DNA of 64,000 nt from Syntrophorhabdaceae bacterium (GTDB taxonomy: Bacteria; Desulfobacterota; Syntrophorhabdia; Syntrophorhabdales; Syntrophorhabdaceae): contig CAXXUO010000001.1 of the NCBI GenBank assembly GCA_963666485.2, forward strand, positions 1,056,001 to 1,120,000, written 5' to 3'. Positions 33,174 through 42,703 of the stretch are shown here, one piece after another. Under the pieces are notes generated by a model. The model saw only the letters and a list, made by a program, of their open reading frames with translations, was not told the origin of the DNA and did not search any database. Position numbers and translations under genes: made by a program. The stretch's first letter is position 1; each line of letters starts with the position of its first letter.

Positions 33174-33724
33174 GATGCTTTCTCGCCTTTGAGATACCGG
33201 CGGATGTGAAGGCATGCCTGGCCGAGGCGTCCCGGCAGATGGCGAAAAGATTGCCCGGCGTGCGCTGGGTCAAGCCCGAGGGCCAGCACATAACGATCTA
33301 TTTCTTCGGGGAGATACCAGACAGGCAGGTAGAAGAGCTAAAGGACGTTTTGAAAGGCTGCGGCCCCTACGAGCGGGTCATGGCATCGCTCAAGGAGGTC
33401 GACGCATTTCCCGGCAAAAAACGCCCGCGCGTCATTGTCGCGACCCTCGATGAAGGAGTTGACATCATCCGTCCGATATACCATGATATAGTGAACCGTC
33501 TCACAGTCCTGGGTTACGAGGAAGAAAAGAGGGGGTACACCCCCCACATTACCTTTGGCAGGATGAAAATACCGGCACCCATTCTGGAAAGAGACATCGT
33601 TCGCCTGGAATGCCCGCGGTTCGCAATCGATCGCATAGTTCTTTTTAAGAGCATCCTTGGAAGTCAGGGCGCAACATACGAGCCCATCTTCGAGTTAAGT
33701 TTAAAGGCCGGTCCGCACCCGTAA
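33170..33724 (+). CDS. thpR: RNA 2',3'-cyclic phosphodiesterase (2H family)
   Basis: Two HxT motifs (QHITIYF, PHITFGR); MRCFLA start; located between cinA and recA. Confidence 0.9.
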   Translation: MRCFLAFEIPADVKACLAEASRQMAKRLPGVRWVKPEGQHITIYFFGEIPDRQVEELKDVLKGCGPYERVMASLKEVDAFPGKKRPRVIVATLDEGVDIIRPIYHDIVNRLTVLGYEEEKRGYTPHITFGRMKIPAPILERDIVRLECPRFAIDRIVLFKSILGSQGATYEPIFELSLKAGPHP

Positions 33725-33769
33725 GACGGGCCGGCAACGCGGAACATCACGATAGAAAAAAGGAGAAAC

Positions 33770-34810
33770 ATGAACCCGAAGACAGTGAAGGGAGGCAGCG
33801 ACTTGAAAGAGGAGAACAATAAAGGCAAGGCTATCGATATGGCAGTGTCCCAGATCGAACGTCTCTTCGGGAAAGGCGCGATCATGAAGCTGGGAGAGAA
33901 GGCCCTCGAGGCCGTCCCCGTCGTTTCAACGGGCTCCATTGCGCTCGACCTCGCGCTCGGCATCGGCGGCCTTCCCCGCGGACGGGTGATCGAGATATTC
34001 GGGCCGGAGGCATCGGGCAAGACGACGCTTGCACTCCAGGTGGTCAGCGAGATACAGAAGACAGGCGGAGTTGCGGCATTTATCGATGCCGAGCACGCAC
34101 TCGACGTCAGCTACGCGCGCAGGATCGGCGTGAATACGGACGACCTCCTTATTTCACAGCCGGACACCGGCGAACAGGCCCTGGAGATCGGGGAGATCCT
34201 GGTGCGCAGCGGCGGGGTCGACGTCGTTGTCGTCGACTCGGTGGCGGCGCTTGTCCCGCGCGCAGAGATAGAGGGTGAAATGGGCGATTCCCACATGGGC
34301 CTCCAGGCGCGCCTCATGTCGCAGGCCTTGCGCAAGCTGACGGCGATCACGAGCAAATCGATGACGACTGTCATATTCATCAACCAGATACGCCAGAAGA
34401 TCGGCATCATGTTCGGAAATCCCGAGACCACGACGGGCGGGAACGCCCTCAAGTTCTATTCCTCCGTGCGCCTCGACATCAGACGCATCGCGGCCATCAA
34501 GGACGGCCAGGAAATTGTCGGGAACCGGACACGGGTCAAGATCGTGAAGAATAAACTGGCACCTCCCTTCAGGGAAGTGGAGTTCGACATCATATTCGGC
34601 GAAGGCATATCCCGCGAAGGCGATGTCATAGACCTCGCCGTAGACATGGGCATCGTCGAGAAAGCGGGCACCTGGTATTCGTATAATGATGCACGGATAG
34701 GCCAGGGAAGGGAAAACGCCAAGGAATACATGAAGACGCATCCCGAGACCATGAAAGAAATAGAGGGCAGGATCAGTGCCGAGGCCGGGATCGGAAAGGG
34801 AGAGAAGTGA
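33770..34810 (+). CDS. recA: Recombinase A
   Basis: [30 protein letters not shown] and GGNALKFY motifs; an alternative TTG start lies at 33803. Confidence 0.99.
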   Translation: MNPKTVKGGSDLKEENNKGKAIDMAVSQIERLFGKGAIMKLGEKALEAVPVVSTGSIALDLALGIGGLPRGRVIEIFGPEASGKTTLALQVVSEIQKTGGVAAFIDAEHALDVSYARRIGVNTDDLLISQPDTGEQALEIGEILVRSGGVDVVVVDSVAALVPRAEIEGEMGDSHMGLQARLMSQALRKLTAITSKSMTTVIFINQIRQKIGIMFGNPETTTGGNALKFYSSVRLDIRRIAAIKDGQEIVGNRTRVKIVKNKLAPPFREVEFDIIFGEGISREGDVIDLAVDMGIVEKAGTWYSYNDARIGQGRENAKEYMKTHPETMKEIEGRISAEAGIGKGEK

Positions 34811-37434
34811 CATCACGAGAGTTACGACGCAAGTTCCTTGAATATTTTGAACGGAACGGCCATACGATAGTTCCCAGCTCGGGTTTGCTGCCGGAAAAGG
34901 ACCCGACACTTCTTTTTGTCAACGCGGGGATGGTCCAGTTCAAGAACCTTTTCCTCGGCATCGAGAAGAGACAGTACAACAGGGCAACGTCCTGCCAGAA
35001 ATGCGTCCGCGCAGGAGGAAAGCACAACGACCTCGACAATATCGGCAAGACCTTGCGCCATCACACGTTCTTTGAAATGCTGGGAAATTTCTCTTTCGGG
35101 GATTATTTCAAGAAGGACGCGATTGCCTATGCTTGGGAGTTCCTGACGAAAGAGCTGGGCCTCGATCAGTCGAAGATGTGGATAACGGTGTTCGAAGAGG
35201 ACAACGAGGCGGAGGAGCTCTGGAAACAGACCGGCGTCAATCCCGACAGGATCGTCCGGCTCGGTGAGAAGGACAATTTCTGGTCGATGGGCGACGAAGG
35301 CCCCTGCGGACCCTGTTCCGAGATACTGTACGACCTCGGCCCCGACGTCGGGTGCAGGCAGCCTACCTGTGCTGTCGGCTGCGACTGCGACCGTTACCTG
35401 GAGATATGGAACCTCGTTTTCATGGAATTCGACAGGAGCGCCGACGGGTCCATGAAGAAGCTGCCGAGGCCGTCGATCGACACGGGCATGGGGCTCGAGC
35501 GCGTAACCTCGGTCATGCAGGGCAAGATCGGGAACTACGACACGGACCTTTTCGTGCCGATCATCAGGCGGATCGAGGACATAGCAGGCTGCGCGTACGG
35601 GGAGAACGAAAAGAACGATATCGCCATCCGCGTTATCGCGGACCACGCCCGCGGTGCAACGTTCATCATAAACGACGGTATCCTCCCGTCCAAAGAGGGC
35701 AGGGGATACGTCTTGAGGAGGATTATCCGGCGGGCCTTGAGGTACGGGAGAAAACTCGGCATACAGAAAGAGTTCCTCAATGAGCTGACGAAGAACGTTG
35801 TCGATATCATGGAGGACGCATACCCGGACATAAAGAACAATCACGCGTACATCATGCGGGTCATAAAAGGCGAAGAGGAAAGGTTCACCGAGACACTCGG
35901 CATGGGTATGAAACTCTACGAGGAATTTACCCGTGACCTGAAAAGCAAAGGCGATAAGGTCATCCCGGGGGACCTGGTATACAAGCTGTACGATACCTAC
36001 GGGTTCCCGGTCGACATCACGACAGACATGGCCGACGAGGACGGGCTTGCCCTCGACAGGGACGGCTTCGAGAAGGCGCTTGCCGAACAGAAGGAGCGCT
36101 CGAAAACGGGCTCACATATCAAGGGCGAAGAGTGGAACGAAGGGCACCTGGCAATATTGCAGAAGGGATTGTCAAACGTCTTTACCGGGTACGAAACGTT
36201 TGTAGACGAGGGTATCGTCCAGGCGATCCTTGTCGGGAACGACATTGTCGAGCAGATAGGCGAGGACGAGGAAGGCGAGCTTTTTCTCACAAAAACCCCG
36301 TTCTACGCGGAAAGCGGCGGGCAGATCGACGACTCCGGCACGGTTCAGGCGGGCAATGCCATAGCGCGTGTGACGGGCGTCGCCAAGATAAAGGAAGACC
36401 TCTTTGCCCACAGGGTGATCATGGAATCCGGTACGCTGCGCCGCGGCGACACCGTTTCTCTCGCGGTGGATGAAGAAAAAAGGAAGGGGGTGTCGCGGAA
36501 CCATACGGCGACACACCTGCTCCAGTATGCCTTGAGGCAGGTCCTCGGGGACCACGTCAAACAGTCGGGGTCGCTGGTCGAGCCCGGCCGGATGCGCTTC
36601 GACTTCACGCACTTCGAGGCGGTGAAAGAGGAAGAGGTCCGCAGGGTCGAAGATATCGTCAATCAAAAGATAATGGACTGCGTTCCGGTCATCGTCAACG
36701 TCAGGAGCCGGGAGGAAGCGATACGGGAAGGTGCGACGGCGCTGTTCGAGGAGAAATACGGGGAAACGGTCCGCGTCATATCGATCGGCGATTTTTCCCG
36801 GGAGCTGTGCGGCGGTACGCATGTTGCCAATACGGGCCAGATCGGGAGCCTCTACATCCTGAGCGAAAGTTCCCTTGCATCAGGTGTGCGCAGGATCGAG
36901 GCGACGACGGGCATGGGGGCCATTGCCTATAAGCGCAGGGTCGAGGGGACCTTGAGGTCCATCGCCAGGAAGACGAATATCGAGTTTGACCGCGTCGAGT
37001 CACGCGTCGACGCGCTTCTCAACGATCTGGCGTCGAAAGAAAAAGAGCTCATGCATTTCAAGCAGGACGTTGTGGCAGGACGGGTCGACGGGGCTATCGC
37101 CGAGGCGCCCGATATCGGCGGCGTCAAGGTCGTCACCCTCTTTGTGGAGAATGCGAGCGCGGAAGACTTGAGAAAAGTGACAGACGTGGTGCGGTCCCGC
37201 GTCAAGGACTGCATTGTCGTCGTGGGCACCGAAGGTGAGGACGACAAGGGGCTCGTCGTCGCGTCGGTCAGCAAGGACGCGCAGAAGACATACAGTGCCG
37301 GAAAGATCATAAAGAATCTCACGGCGCACTACGGCGGCAAGGGCGGGGGCAATCCCAACACGGCCCAGGGCGGGATATCGGGCGTCAAGGTGAGGGAATC
37401 TCTCAAAAATGTTGTACAATTCATCGGCAATTAG
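34807..37434 (+). CDS. alaS: Alanine-tRNA ligase
   Basis: [34 protein letters not shown], editing-site NHTATH and ELCGGTH, and GGKGGG motifs. Confidence 0.99.
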   Translation: MTSRELRRKFLEYFERNGHTIVPSSGLLPEKDPTLLFVNAGMVQFKNLFLGIEKRQYNRATSCQKCVRAGGKHNDLDNIGKTLRHHTFFEMLGNFSFGDYFKKDAIAYAWEFLTKELGLDQSKMWITVFEEDNEAEELWKQTGVNPDRIVRLGEKDNFWSMGDEGPCGPCSEILYDLGPDVGCRQPTCAVGCDCDRYLEIWNLVFMEFDRSADGSMKKLPRPSIDTGMGLERVTSVMQGKIGNYDTDLFVPIIRRIEDIAGCAYGENEKNDIAIRVIADHARGATFIINDGILPSKEGRGYVLRRIIRRALRYGRKLGIQKEFLNELTKNVVDIMEDAYPDIKNNHAYIMRVIKGEEERFTETLGMGMKLYEEFTRDLKSKGDKVIPGDLVYKLYDTYGFPVDITTDMADEDGLALDRDGFEKALAEQKERSKTGSHIKGEEWNEGHLAILQKGLSNVFTGYETFVDEGIVQAILVGNDIVEQIGEDEEGELFLTKTPFYAESGGQIDDSGTVQAGNAIARVTGVAKIKEDLFAHRVIMESGTLRRGDTVSLAVDEEKRKGVSRNHTATHLLQYALRQVLGDHVKQSGSLVEPGRMRFDFTHFEAVKEEEVRRVEDIVNQKIMDCVPVIVNVRSREEAIREGATALFEEKYGETVRVISIGDFSRELCGGTHVANTGQIGSLYILSESSLASGVRRIEATTGMGAIAYKRRVEGTLRSIARKTNIEFDRVESRVDALLNDLASKEKELMHFKQDVVAGRVDGAIAEAPDIGGVKVVTLFVENASAEDLRKVTDVVRSRVKDCIVVVGTEGEDDKGLVVASVSKDAQKTYSAGKIIKNLTAHYGGKGGGNPNTAQGGISGVKVRESLKNVVQFIGN

Positions 37435-37461
37435 TATGATGACCTGAAAAAGGGCGGATAC

Positions 37462-38133
37462 ATGAAAAGATACGCGGACAATCTCCGGAGCGTTCACCTT
37501 TTTTCAAATCTTAAGGACGCCGATCTCGAGACCATCTCCCGCATACTCTACATGAACACGTATCACCGGGGCCAGCTTATCTTCCAGGAAGGCGAGGAAG
37601 GCAACGCCCTCTTCATCGTCCTGGGCGGCAAGGTAAAGATCAGCCTGTATGACGAGGACGGCCGGGAATATGTTCTCGACGTGATCGGCAAGGACGGTTT
37701 CTTCGGCGAACTCGCCCTCATCGACGAGTTGCCGCGTTCGGCAAACGTCATCGCGATGGAGGTCTGCGACCTGCTCATCGTCAGGAGGAATGATTTTATG
37801 AAGCTCCTGATGGAGAACCCTTCCATCTCTATCAACATCCTGAAGGTGATGGCCGGCAGGCTGCGCGCCGCCGATGAAAGAATAAAGTGGCTTGCGTTCC
37901 TGAACGTCGAGGGCCGCGTCCTCAAGTATCTTCTCGATGTCGGGGAGAGGATCGGGATCAAGATGAAGGATTATACGATCATAGAAAAAGGGCCCACCCA
38001 GATAGAAATAGCCAACGCGTGCGGGTGTTCACGGGAGACCGTTTCCCGCATGATGACGTCGCTCGTCAAGAAGGGCATCCTCGGCGTCCGCAGAAAACAG
38101 TACACCCTGTTTCCCGAAACACGGACATTTTAA
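37462..38133 (+). CDS. Crp/Fnr family transcriptional regulator
   Basis: cNMP pocket FGELAL..PRSA; CRP-like HTH TQ.EIA..CGCSRETVSR. Confidence 0.93.
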   Translation: MKRYADNLRSVHLFSNLKDADLETISRILYMNTYHRGQLIFQEGEEGNALFIVLGGKVKISLYDEDGREYVLDVIGKDGFFGELALIDELPRSANVIAMEVCDLLIVRRNDFMKLLMENPSISINILKVMAGRLRAADERIKWLAFLNVEGRVLKYLLDVGERIGIKMKDYTIIEKGPTQIEIANACGCSRETVSRMMTSLVKKGILGVRRKQYTLFPETRTF

Positions 38134-38154
38134 TGAAAGGCTAAAACGGGACGT

Positions 38155-39855
38155 ATGAAGAAGATAGTGCGCATCGGCCTTGCACAGGTAAACGCCACCG
38201 TCGGCGATCTTTCCGGCAACAGCACGAAGGTCCTCGATTGCACCGAAAGGGCGCGGGAGAATGATGTCGACATCATCGCTTTTCCCGAGCTCGTCATTAC
38301 CGGGTACCCGCCTGAAGACCTGCTCCTGAAAAAAAGTTTCATCGATGCCAACATCAAGGCGGTACATGACCTCGCGGCACGGATAGACGGGCCCGCAGCC
38401 ATTGTCGGTTTCGTCGACTCGTCTGCACGCGGCATATACAACGCGGCTGCGGTGATCTATAAGCGCAGGATACGGGGCGTGTACCGCAAAAGGTTCCTGC
38501 CGAACTACGGGGTTTTCGACGAGAAACGGTATTTCATCCCCGGGGACAGGCCCCGCGTTTTCCGGTTCGGGGACGTCGTCTTCGGGGTCGCCATCTGCGA
38601 AGACACCTGGTTCAAGGGCCCGCCGATATCCGAAATGGCCCGGATGGGCGCCGGGCTGATCTTCAATATCAACGCATCGCCCTATCATATGGGGAAGATA
38701 TACGACCGTGAAGACATCGTCCGCAAGCGCGTCCGGGAGAACCACGCATGGATAGCCTATACGAACCTTGTCGGCGGTCAGGATGAAATAGTCTTTGACG
38801 GCCAGAGCTTTGTTATGGACAGATCGGGCAAGATCACTGCCAGTTCCCCGGCATTTGTGGAAGACCTCCTCGTGCACGATATTGAGGAAAGATCGCTCAT
38901 GAAAAGGTCGGGCACGGATAGCGCGCCTGTTACCGTTATTACCGGGATTTCCGCGAAAAAGACGCCAAAAAAACCGGTCGGGCCGCATCCCGTCGTACGG
39001 CTCGATCCTGCCGAAGAGGTATACCGTGCGTTGACGCTCGGGCTTCACGACTACGTCGGCAAGAACGGGTTCAAAGGGACCATCATCGGCCTGTCGGGCG
39101 GAATCGATTCGGCGCTCGTCGCTGCGCTGGCTGCCGACGCGTTGGGCAAGGAAAATGTCACGACCGTTTTTATGCCGTCGAAATATACATCGCGCGAATC
39201 CCGTGAAGACGCGTATGAACTTGCCGGGAATCTCGGGGTGCGGCTGATCGAGATATCGATCGACGTCATCCTCTCAGGTTACCTCGAAAACCTGAAAAAC
39301 CTTTTTGCGGGGATGAAAGAAGATATTACGGAAGAGAACCTGCAGGCGCGCATACGCGGCAATATCCTGATGGCCCTTTCGAACAAGTTCGGGTACCTTG
39401 TCCTGACGACCGGCAACAAGTCGGAAATGAGCGTGGGGTATGCCACTCTTTACGGGGACATGGCAGGAGGGTTTGCCGTGATCAAGGATGTCCCGAAGAC
39501 AATTGTGTACGAGATATGCGCCTGGCGCAACACGCAGGGCAGGGTCATCCCTCAGCGGATCCTCACGAAGGAGCCCACCGCGGAATTGAAGGCTGACCAG
39601 AAGGACAGCGATACGCTTCCGCCGTATGACCACCTCGACCAGATATTGAAGAGCTACGTGGAGGAAGACAAGGAACCGACGACCCGCGACTTCCCCACCA
39701 TGCCCGCTGCGGAGATCGCCCGGGTACTCAGGATGGTCGACTTAAGCGAATACAAGAGGCGCCAGTCGCCTCCCGGGATAAAGATCACCCCGAAGGCGTT
39801 CGGAAAAGACCGGCGCATGCCCATCACCAACAAGTTCAAGCCCTCGCAGGAGTAA
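38155..39855 (+). CDS. nadE: Glutamine-dependent NAD+ synthetase
   Basis: Nitrilase domain (FPEL, LPNYGVFDEKRYF, ICED) plus GLSGGIDS, NLQARIRG, TGNKSE and EYKRRQ motifs. Confidence 0.97.
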   Translation: MKKIVRIGLAQVNATVGDLSGNSTKVLDCTERARENDVDIIAFPELVITGYPPEDLLLKKSFIDANIKAVHDLAARIDGPAAIVGFVDSSARGIYNAAAVIYKRRIRGVYRKRFLPNYGVFDEKRYFIPGDRPRVFRFGDVVFGVAICEDTWFKGPPISEMARMGAGLIFNINASPYHMGKIYDREDIVRKRVRENHAWIAYTNLVGGQDEIVFDGQSFVMDRSGKITASSPAFVEDLLVHDIEERSLMKRSGTDSAPVTVITGISAKKTPKKPVGPHPVVRLDPAEEVYRALTLGLHDYVGKNGFKGTIIGLSGGIDSALVAALAADALGKENVTTVFMPSKYTSRESREDAYELAGNLGVRLIEISIDVILSGYLENLKNLFAGMKEDITEENLQARIRGNILMALSNKFGYLVLTTGNKSEMSVGYATLYGDMAGGFAVIKDVPKTIVYEICAWRNTQGRVIPQRILTKEPTAELKADQKDSDTLPPYDHLDQILKSYVEEDKEPTTRDFPTMPAAEIARVLRMVDLSEYKRRQSPPGIKITPKAFGKDRRMPITNKFKPSQE

Positions 39856-39858
39856 AGG

Positions 39859-39889
39859 CCCCGACAGTTGTGCCGGCGTCGGGGGTTTT
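39859..39889 (+). terminator. Intrinsic terminator after nadE
   Basis: CCCCGAC/GTCGGGG stem followed by GTTTT. Confidence 0.55.
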
Positions 39890-40042
39890 ACTATCATCAT
39901 CGGACCTGGAACGTCCAATTGCCCGTATGTCCCCTATATCGCTCGCCCTTATAAATTTTTTCAATTTTTTCCTACCATTTATCTTTGCAGTAGGATATAT
40001 ATGCTTCTAATACATCAATACTAAATAAAGGAGGTGAAAACT

Positions 40043-40306
40043 ATGAAGAAGGCATTGGTATTTTTCTTTGCACTGGTAATCGGTCTTTCCTTAACATTGA
40101 CAGGTTTTGCCGCCGACGAGAAGAAGGGCGCAGCCGCAACCCCGGCGACACCCGCCAGCCCGGCCACACCGCCGGAAAAGGTTGATGCACCGAAGGAAAA
40201 ACCGGTAAAGAAAGAGAAAAAAGCAAAAAAGCCCAAAAAAGCCAAAAAGTCCAAAAAGGCTAAAAAGGCAGCCCCCGCCGAGGAAAAACCGGTAGAGGCA
40301 AAATAA
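40043..40306 (+). CDS. Small secreted Lys/Ala/Pro-rich low-complexity protein
   Basis: AAGGAGGTG RBS; MKK plus hydrophobic signal peptide ending GFA; PATPASPAT and KKAKKPKKAKKSKKAKK repeats; followed by a terminator. Confidence 0.8.
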   Translation: MKKALVFFFALVIGLSLTLTGFAADEKKGAAATPATPASPATPPEKVDAPKEKPVKKEKKAKKPKKAKKSKKAKKAAPAEEKPVEAK

Positions 40307-40326
40307 GCGATTGACGTGAAAACCGT

Positions 40327-40368
40327 AAACAATGAAGGGGAGAATTCTTTCTTCCCTTCATTGTTTTT
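40327..40368 (+). terminator. Intrinsic terminator
   Basis: Perfect 13 bp IR AAACAATGAAGGG / CCCTTCATTGTTT ending in a T run. Confidence 0.7.
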
Positions 40369-40527
40369 GTATGCCCGGATATCCCCGAAATGCGCATTAA
40401 TGACCAATGCATTATCTTCCGCACCGTAACCTGCGAAAAATTGTCCGCACCGGGTTAGAGGAAATACCTAAAACCTGCTGATCCAAGTTTTCAGGACGGT
40501 AGAATTCTGTGATATACTACACGACCA

Positions 40528-41076
40528 ATGAGAATGATCATTATCGATATCGACAACACCCTGTGGGATTTTGCACCTGTTCTTTACGAAAGGCTCAACC
40601 ATACACACCCGGGTTTTCCCGATCCATCGCAGTGGCACTCGTGGAGCTTCTGGAAAGGGCTCATTTCCCCCGAAAAGCTCTATCGCGCCATCCGGGATGT
40701 CCACATGGAGCAGGACAATTTCCCGCCATACAACGATGCCCGCATTTTTCTGGAAAGGCTCAGGAAGAGGGGATACTATATCGTCATCGCGAGCCACCGG
40801 GAGAGCGAAACGCTTCCCTCAACGCGCAGGTGGCTCGAGAAGAACGACCTTCCCTTCGATGAGATACATCTGAGCTACGACAAGTCCGTTCTCTTCGACC
40901 GGTGCTGGGCGATCATCGATGACAGCCCGGTGACCCTCGACAAGGCCCGTTCTGCAGGCATCGTCCGCGCCGGCCTCAAGAACCCGTGGAACGAGCACGA
41001 GGACCACCCTCTCTTCGAGAACCTGGAAGAAATTTACAACTATCTGCGAAACGAATGTGGGTCGGCGAAAGGCTAA
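40528..41076 (+). CDS. HAD-superfamily hydrolase (5'(3')-nucleotidase-like)
   Basis: IDIDNTL (DxDxT), IASHR, K and IIDDSP motifs. Confidence 0.8.
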   Translation: MRMIIIDIDNTLWDFAPVLYERLNHTHPGFPDPSQWHSWSFWKGLISPEKLYRAIRDVHMEQDNFPPYNDARIFLERLRKRGYYIVIASHRESETLPSTRRWLEKNDLPFDEIHLSYDKSVLFDRCWAIIDDSPVTLDKARSAGIVRAGLKNPWNEHEDHPLFENLEEIYNYLRNECGSAKG

Positions 41077-41079
41077 AGG

Positions 41080-41496
41080 TTATTCGCCGATTATTTTGAC
41101 GAGGACGCGTTTTCTGCGGCGGCCGTCGAATTCACCGTAGAAGATCTGCTCCCATGGGCCGAAATCGAGGCGGCCATCCGTGATCGCGACGACGACCTCG
41201 CGGCCCATGACCGATCGTTTCAGGTGGCCGTCGGCGTTGTCTTCACCGACGTTGTGCCGGTAACCGGACACGGGTTCATGGGGCGCCAGTTTTTCAAGCC
41301 AGACCTTGAAGTCGTGGTGAAGGCCGCTCTCATCATCGTTGATAAAGACGGATGCGGTTATGTGCATGGCGTTGACGAGAACGAGGCCCTCCGTAATTCG
41401 ACTTTCCTTCAGACACTCCTCCACCTCGCCGGTGATGTTGACGAAACCGACCCTTTCAGGGAGATGGAACCAGAGCTCTTTTCTGTATGTTCTCAC
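41080..41496 (-). CDS. yjbQ: YjbQ/UPF0047 family protein
   Basis: [17 protein letters not shown] and [13 protein letters not shown] motifs. Confidence 0.92.
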   Translation of the reverse strand: MRTYRKELWFHLPERVGFVNITGEVEECLKESRITEGLVLVNAMHITASVFINDDESGLHHDFKVWLEKLAPHEPVSGYRHNVGEDNADGHLKRSVMGREVVVAITDGRLDFGPWEQIFYGEFDGRRRKRVLVKIIGE

Positions 41497-41507
41497 GATG
41501 CCTATCC

Positions 41508-42110
41508 TTATCTTTCGTGTCCCTTGTCGAGGATTGCCGAGAGCTCTGCGAGAAATGTTTGAAACATCTCCTCGCCTTTATTCCCCATCTCCGCGTCATA
41601 ACTGTAACGGAGCTTTACCCAGTTGTTCTTATACTGGGTCAGATATAATTTCGAGTTCATATCCCTTCCCTGCATGCGGAAGGTGAACAACGCCACGAGC
41701 GCCTTCCGGCCCGGTTTTCCCGGCATTGTCGTTACCTCACCGCCGGGCAGTCTCTTGACATTCTGTATGGCCCCCATTTTCTCCGCCTGGTATATATCGC
41801 CGATCGCCCGGTCAAGATGCTCTTTAAAAACAGGAGAGGAAACATCCGTGGGAATCTCTTTCATGCCGAGGTTATAGATGAATACCATCATGGAAGCGCC
41901 GGGGGCATTATATGCCACGCCCACACCAAGCTCGGGACTGTCAAAGACGGTCACCTTTGATTTGGACATACCCGCCATCGCGTCCGGGAAAACGAGGCCC
42001 GTAGCGGGGTTCTTATAGGTTTCCGCGGCGGTTATTGATGCCGCGAGGAAAAAGACCAGGGAAAAGAACGAGAGACAAAAGACGGACCGGCCGAAACGCT
42101 GCATTGTCAC
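41508..42110 (-). CDS. Hypothetical exported protein
   Basis: CAGGAGG RBS adjoining the GTG/ATG start; signal peptide ending ITAA; 200 aa; no recognised motif. Confidence 0.7.
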   Translation of the reverse strand: MTMQRFGRSVFCLSFFSLVFFLAASITAAETYKNPATGLVFPDAMAGMSKSKVTVFDSPELGVGVAYNAPGASMMVFIYNLGMKEIPTDVSSPVFKEHLDRAIGDIYQAEKMGAIQNVKRLPGGEVTTMPGKPGRKALVALFTFRMQGRDMNSKLYLTQYKNNWVKLRYSYDAEMGNKGEEMFQTFLAELSAILDKGHER

Positions 42111-42168
42111 CTCCTGAATGTACTATGCATTACCATCGCGGGGAAAGTTAGGCAAGGAAAATGTTTGA

Positions 42169-42223
42169 ACGGCTGACGGCTGACGGCTGACGGCTAACGG
42201 CTAACGGCTAAAGGCTAAAGGCT
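42169..42223. repeat. Heptamer tandem repeat (left arm)
   Basis: ACGGCTG x3, ACGGCTA x3, AAGGCTA, AAGGCT. Confidence 0.9.
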
Positions 42224-42248
42224 TCTTCTGCTGGGTTGCCTTTCTGCC

Positions 42249-42569
42249 CTAGTCAACATTTGCGTTGACAACCAGTCTCCCGGTTAAGCTCGTTATACTG
42301 TAAAGGCAAAGGGGGACGTCCTTAAGAAAGTAAGTAACTTAAAATCACCCGGTCCGGGGATAATAACGACAGGGCGGTCCGTTTAGTTGTTTGAGGAGTT
42401 TCTTACTTTCTTAAGGACGTCCCTCACATTTTTCCGGAAGGTTTGACAATGAATGAGTGGCAGTTGATATCCCTCTGCGATTGGAGTGTCTTACACTGAA
42501 ACAATCTTAACCGGAAGACCGTGACTCTTCATTTATGAGTCTGTAGTTGTCAACGCTTATCCTGACCAG
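42249..42569. mobile_element. Non-coding MITE-like element with nested inverted repeats
   Basis: 26 bp imperfect TIR (42249-42274 / 42544-42569, 20/26, 11 bp perfect core). Inner IR 42275-42288 / 42506-42519 (13/14). Innermost perfect 22 bp IR 42313-42334 / 42402-42423. No ORF. Confidence 0.6.
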
Positions 42570-42614
42570 TGCAGCCTTTCAGGTTTTTTGTCGATCAGCC
42601 GTCCTTGTCTTTTA

Positions 42615-42646
42615 ACGCCTTACGCCTTACGCCCTCACGCCTTACG
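42615..42646. repeat. Heptamer tandem repeat (right arm)
   Basis: ACGCCTT, ACGCCTT, ACGCCCTC, ACGCCTT, ACG. Confidence 0.8.
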
Positions 42647-42649
42647 AAC

Positions 42650-42685
42650 AAAAAAGCCCCCGCTGCCTTTCGGCAAACGGAGGCT
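42650..42685 (-). terminator. Intrinsic terminator after carB
   Basis: Minus strand reads AGCCTCCGTTTGCC-GAAA-GGCAGCGGGGGCT followed by a T run. Confidence 0.75.
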
Positions 42686-42703
42686 CATATTTCCGCTTGG
42701 AAG

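Noticed and set aside
34807..34810. No recX between recA and alaS
   Set aside because: recX is patchily distributed, so its absence alone is unremarkable.
40508..40523. TGTGA-TATACT-ACACG as a CRP site before the HAD gene
   Set aside because: The second half-site matches only 3/5, and the sequence is equally explained as an extended -10 element.
41069..41082. AAGGCTA-AAGGTTA at a convergent gene junction, similar to the 42.2 kb heptamer
   Set aside because: Only two imperfect units, overlapping stop codons, so compatible with chance.
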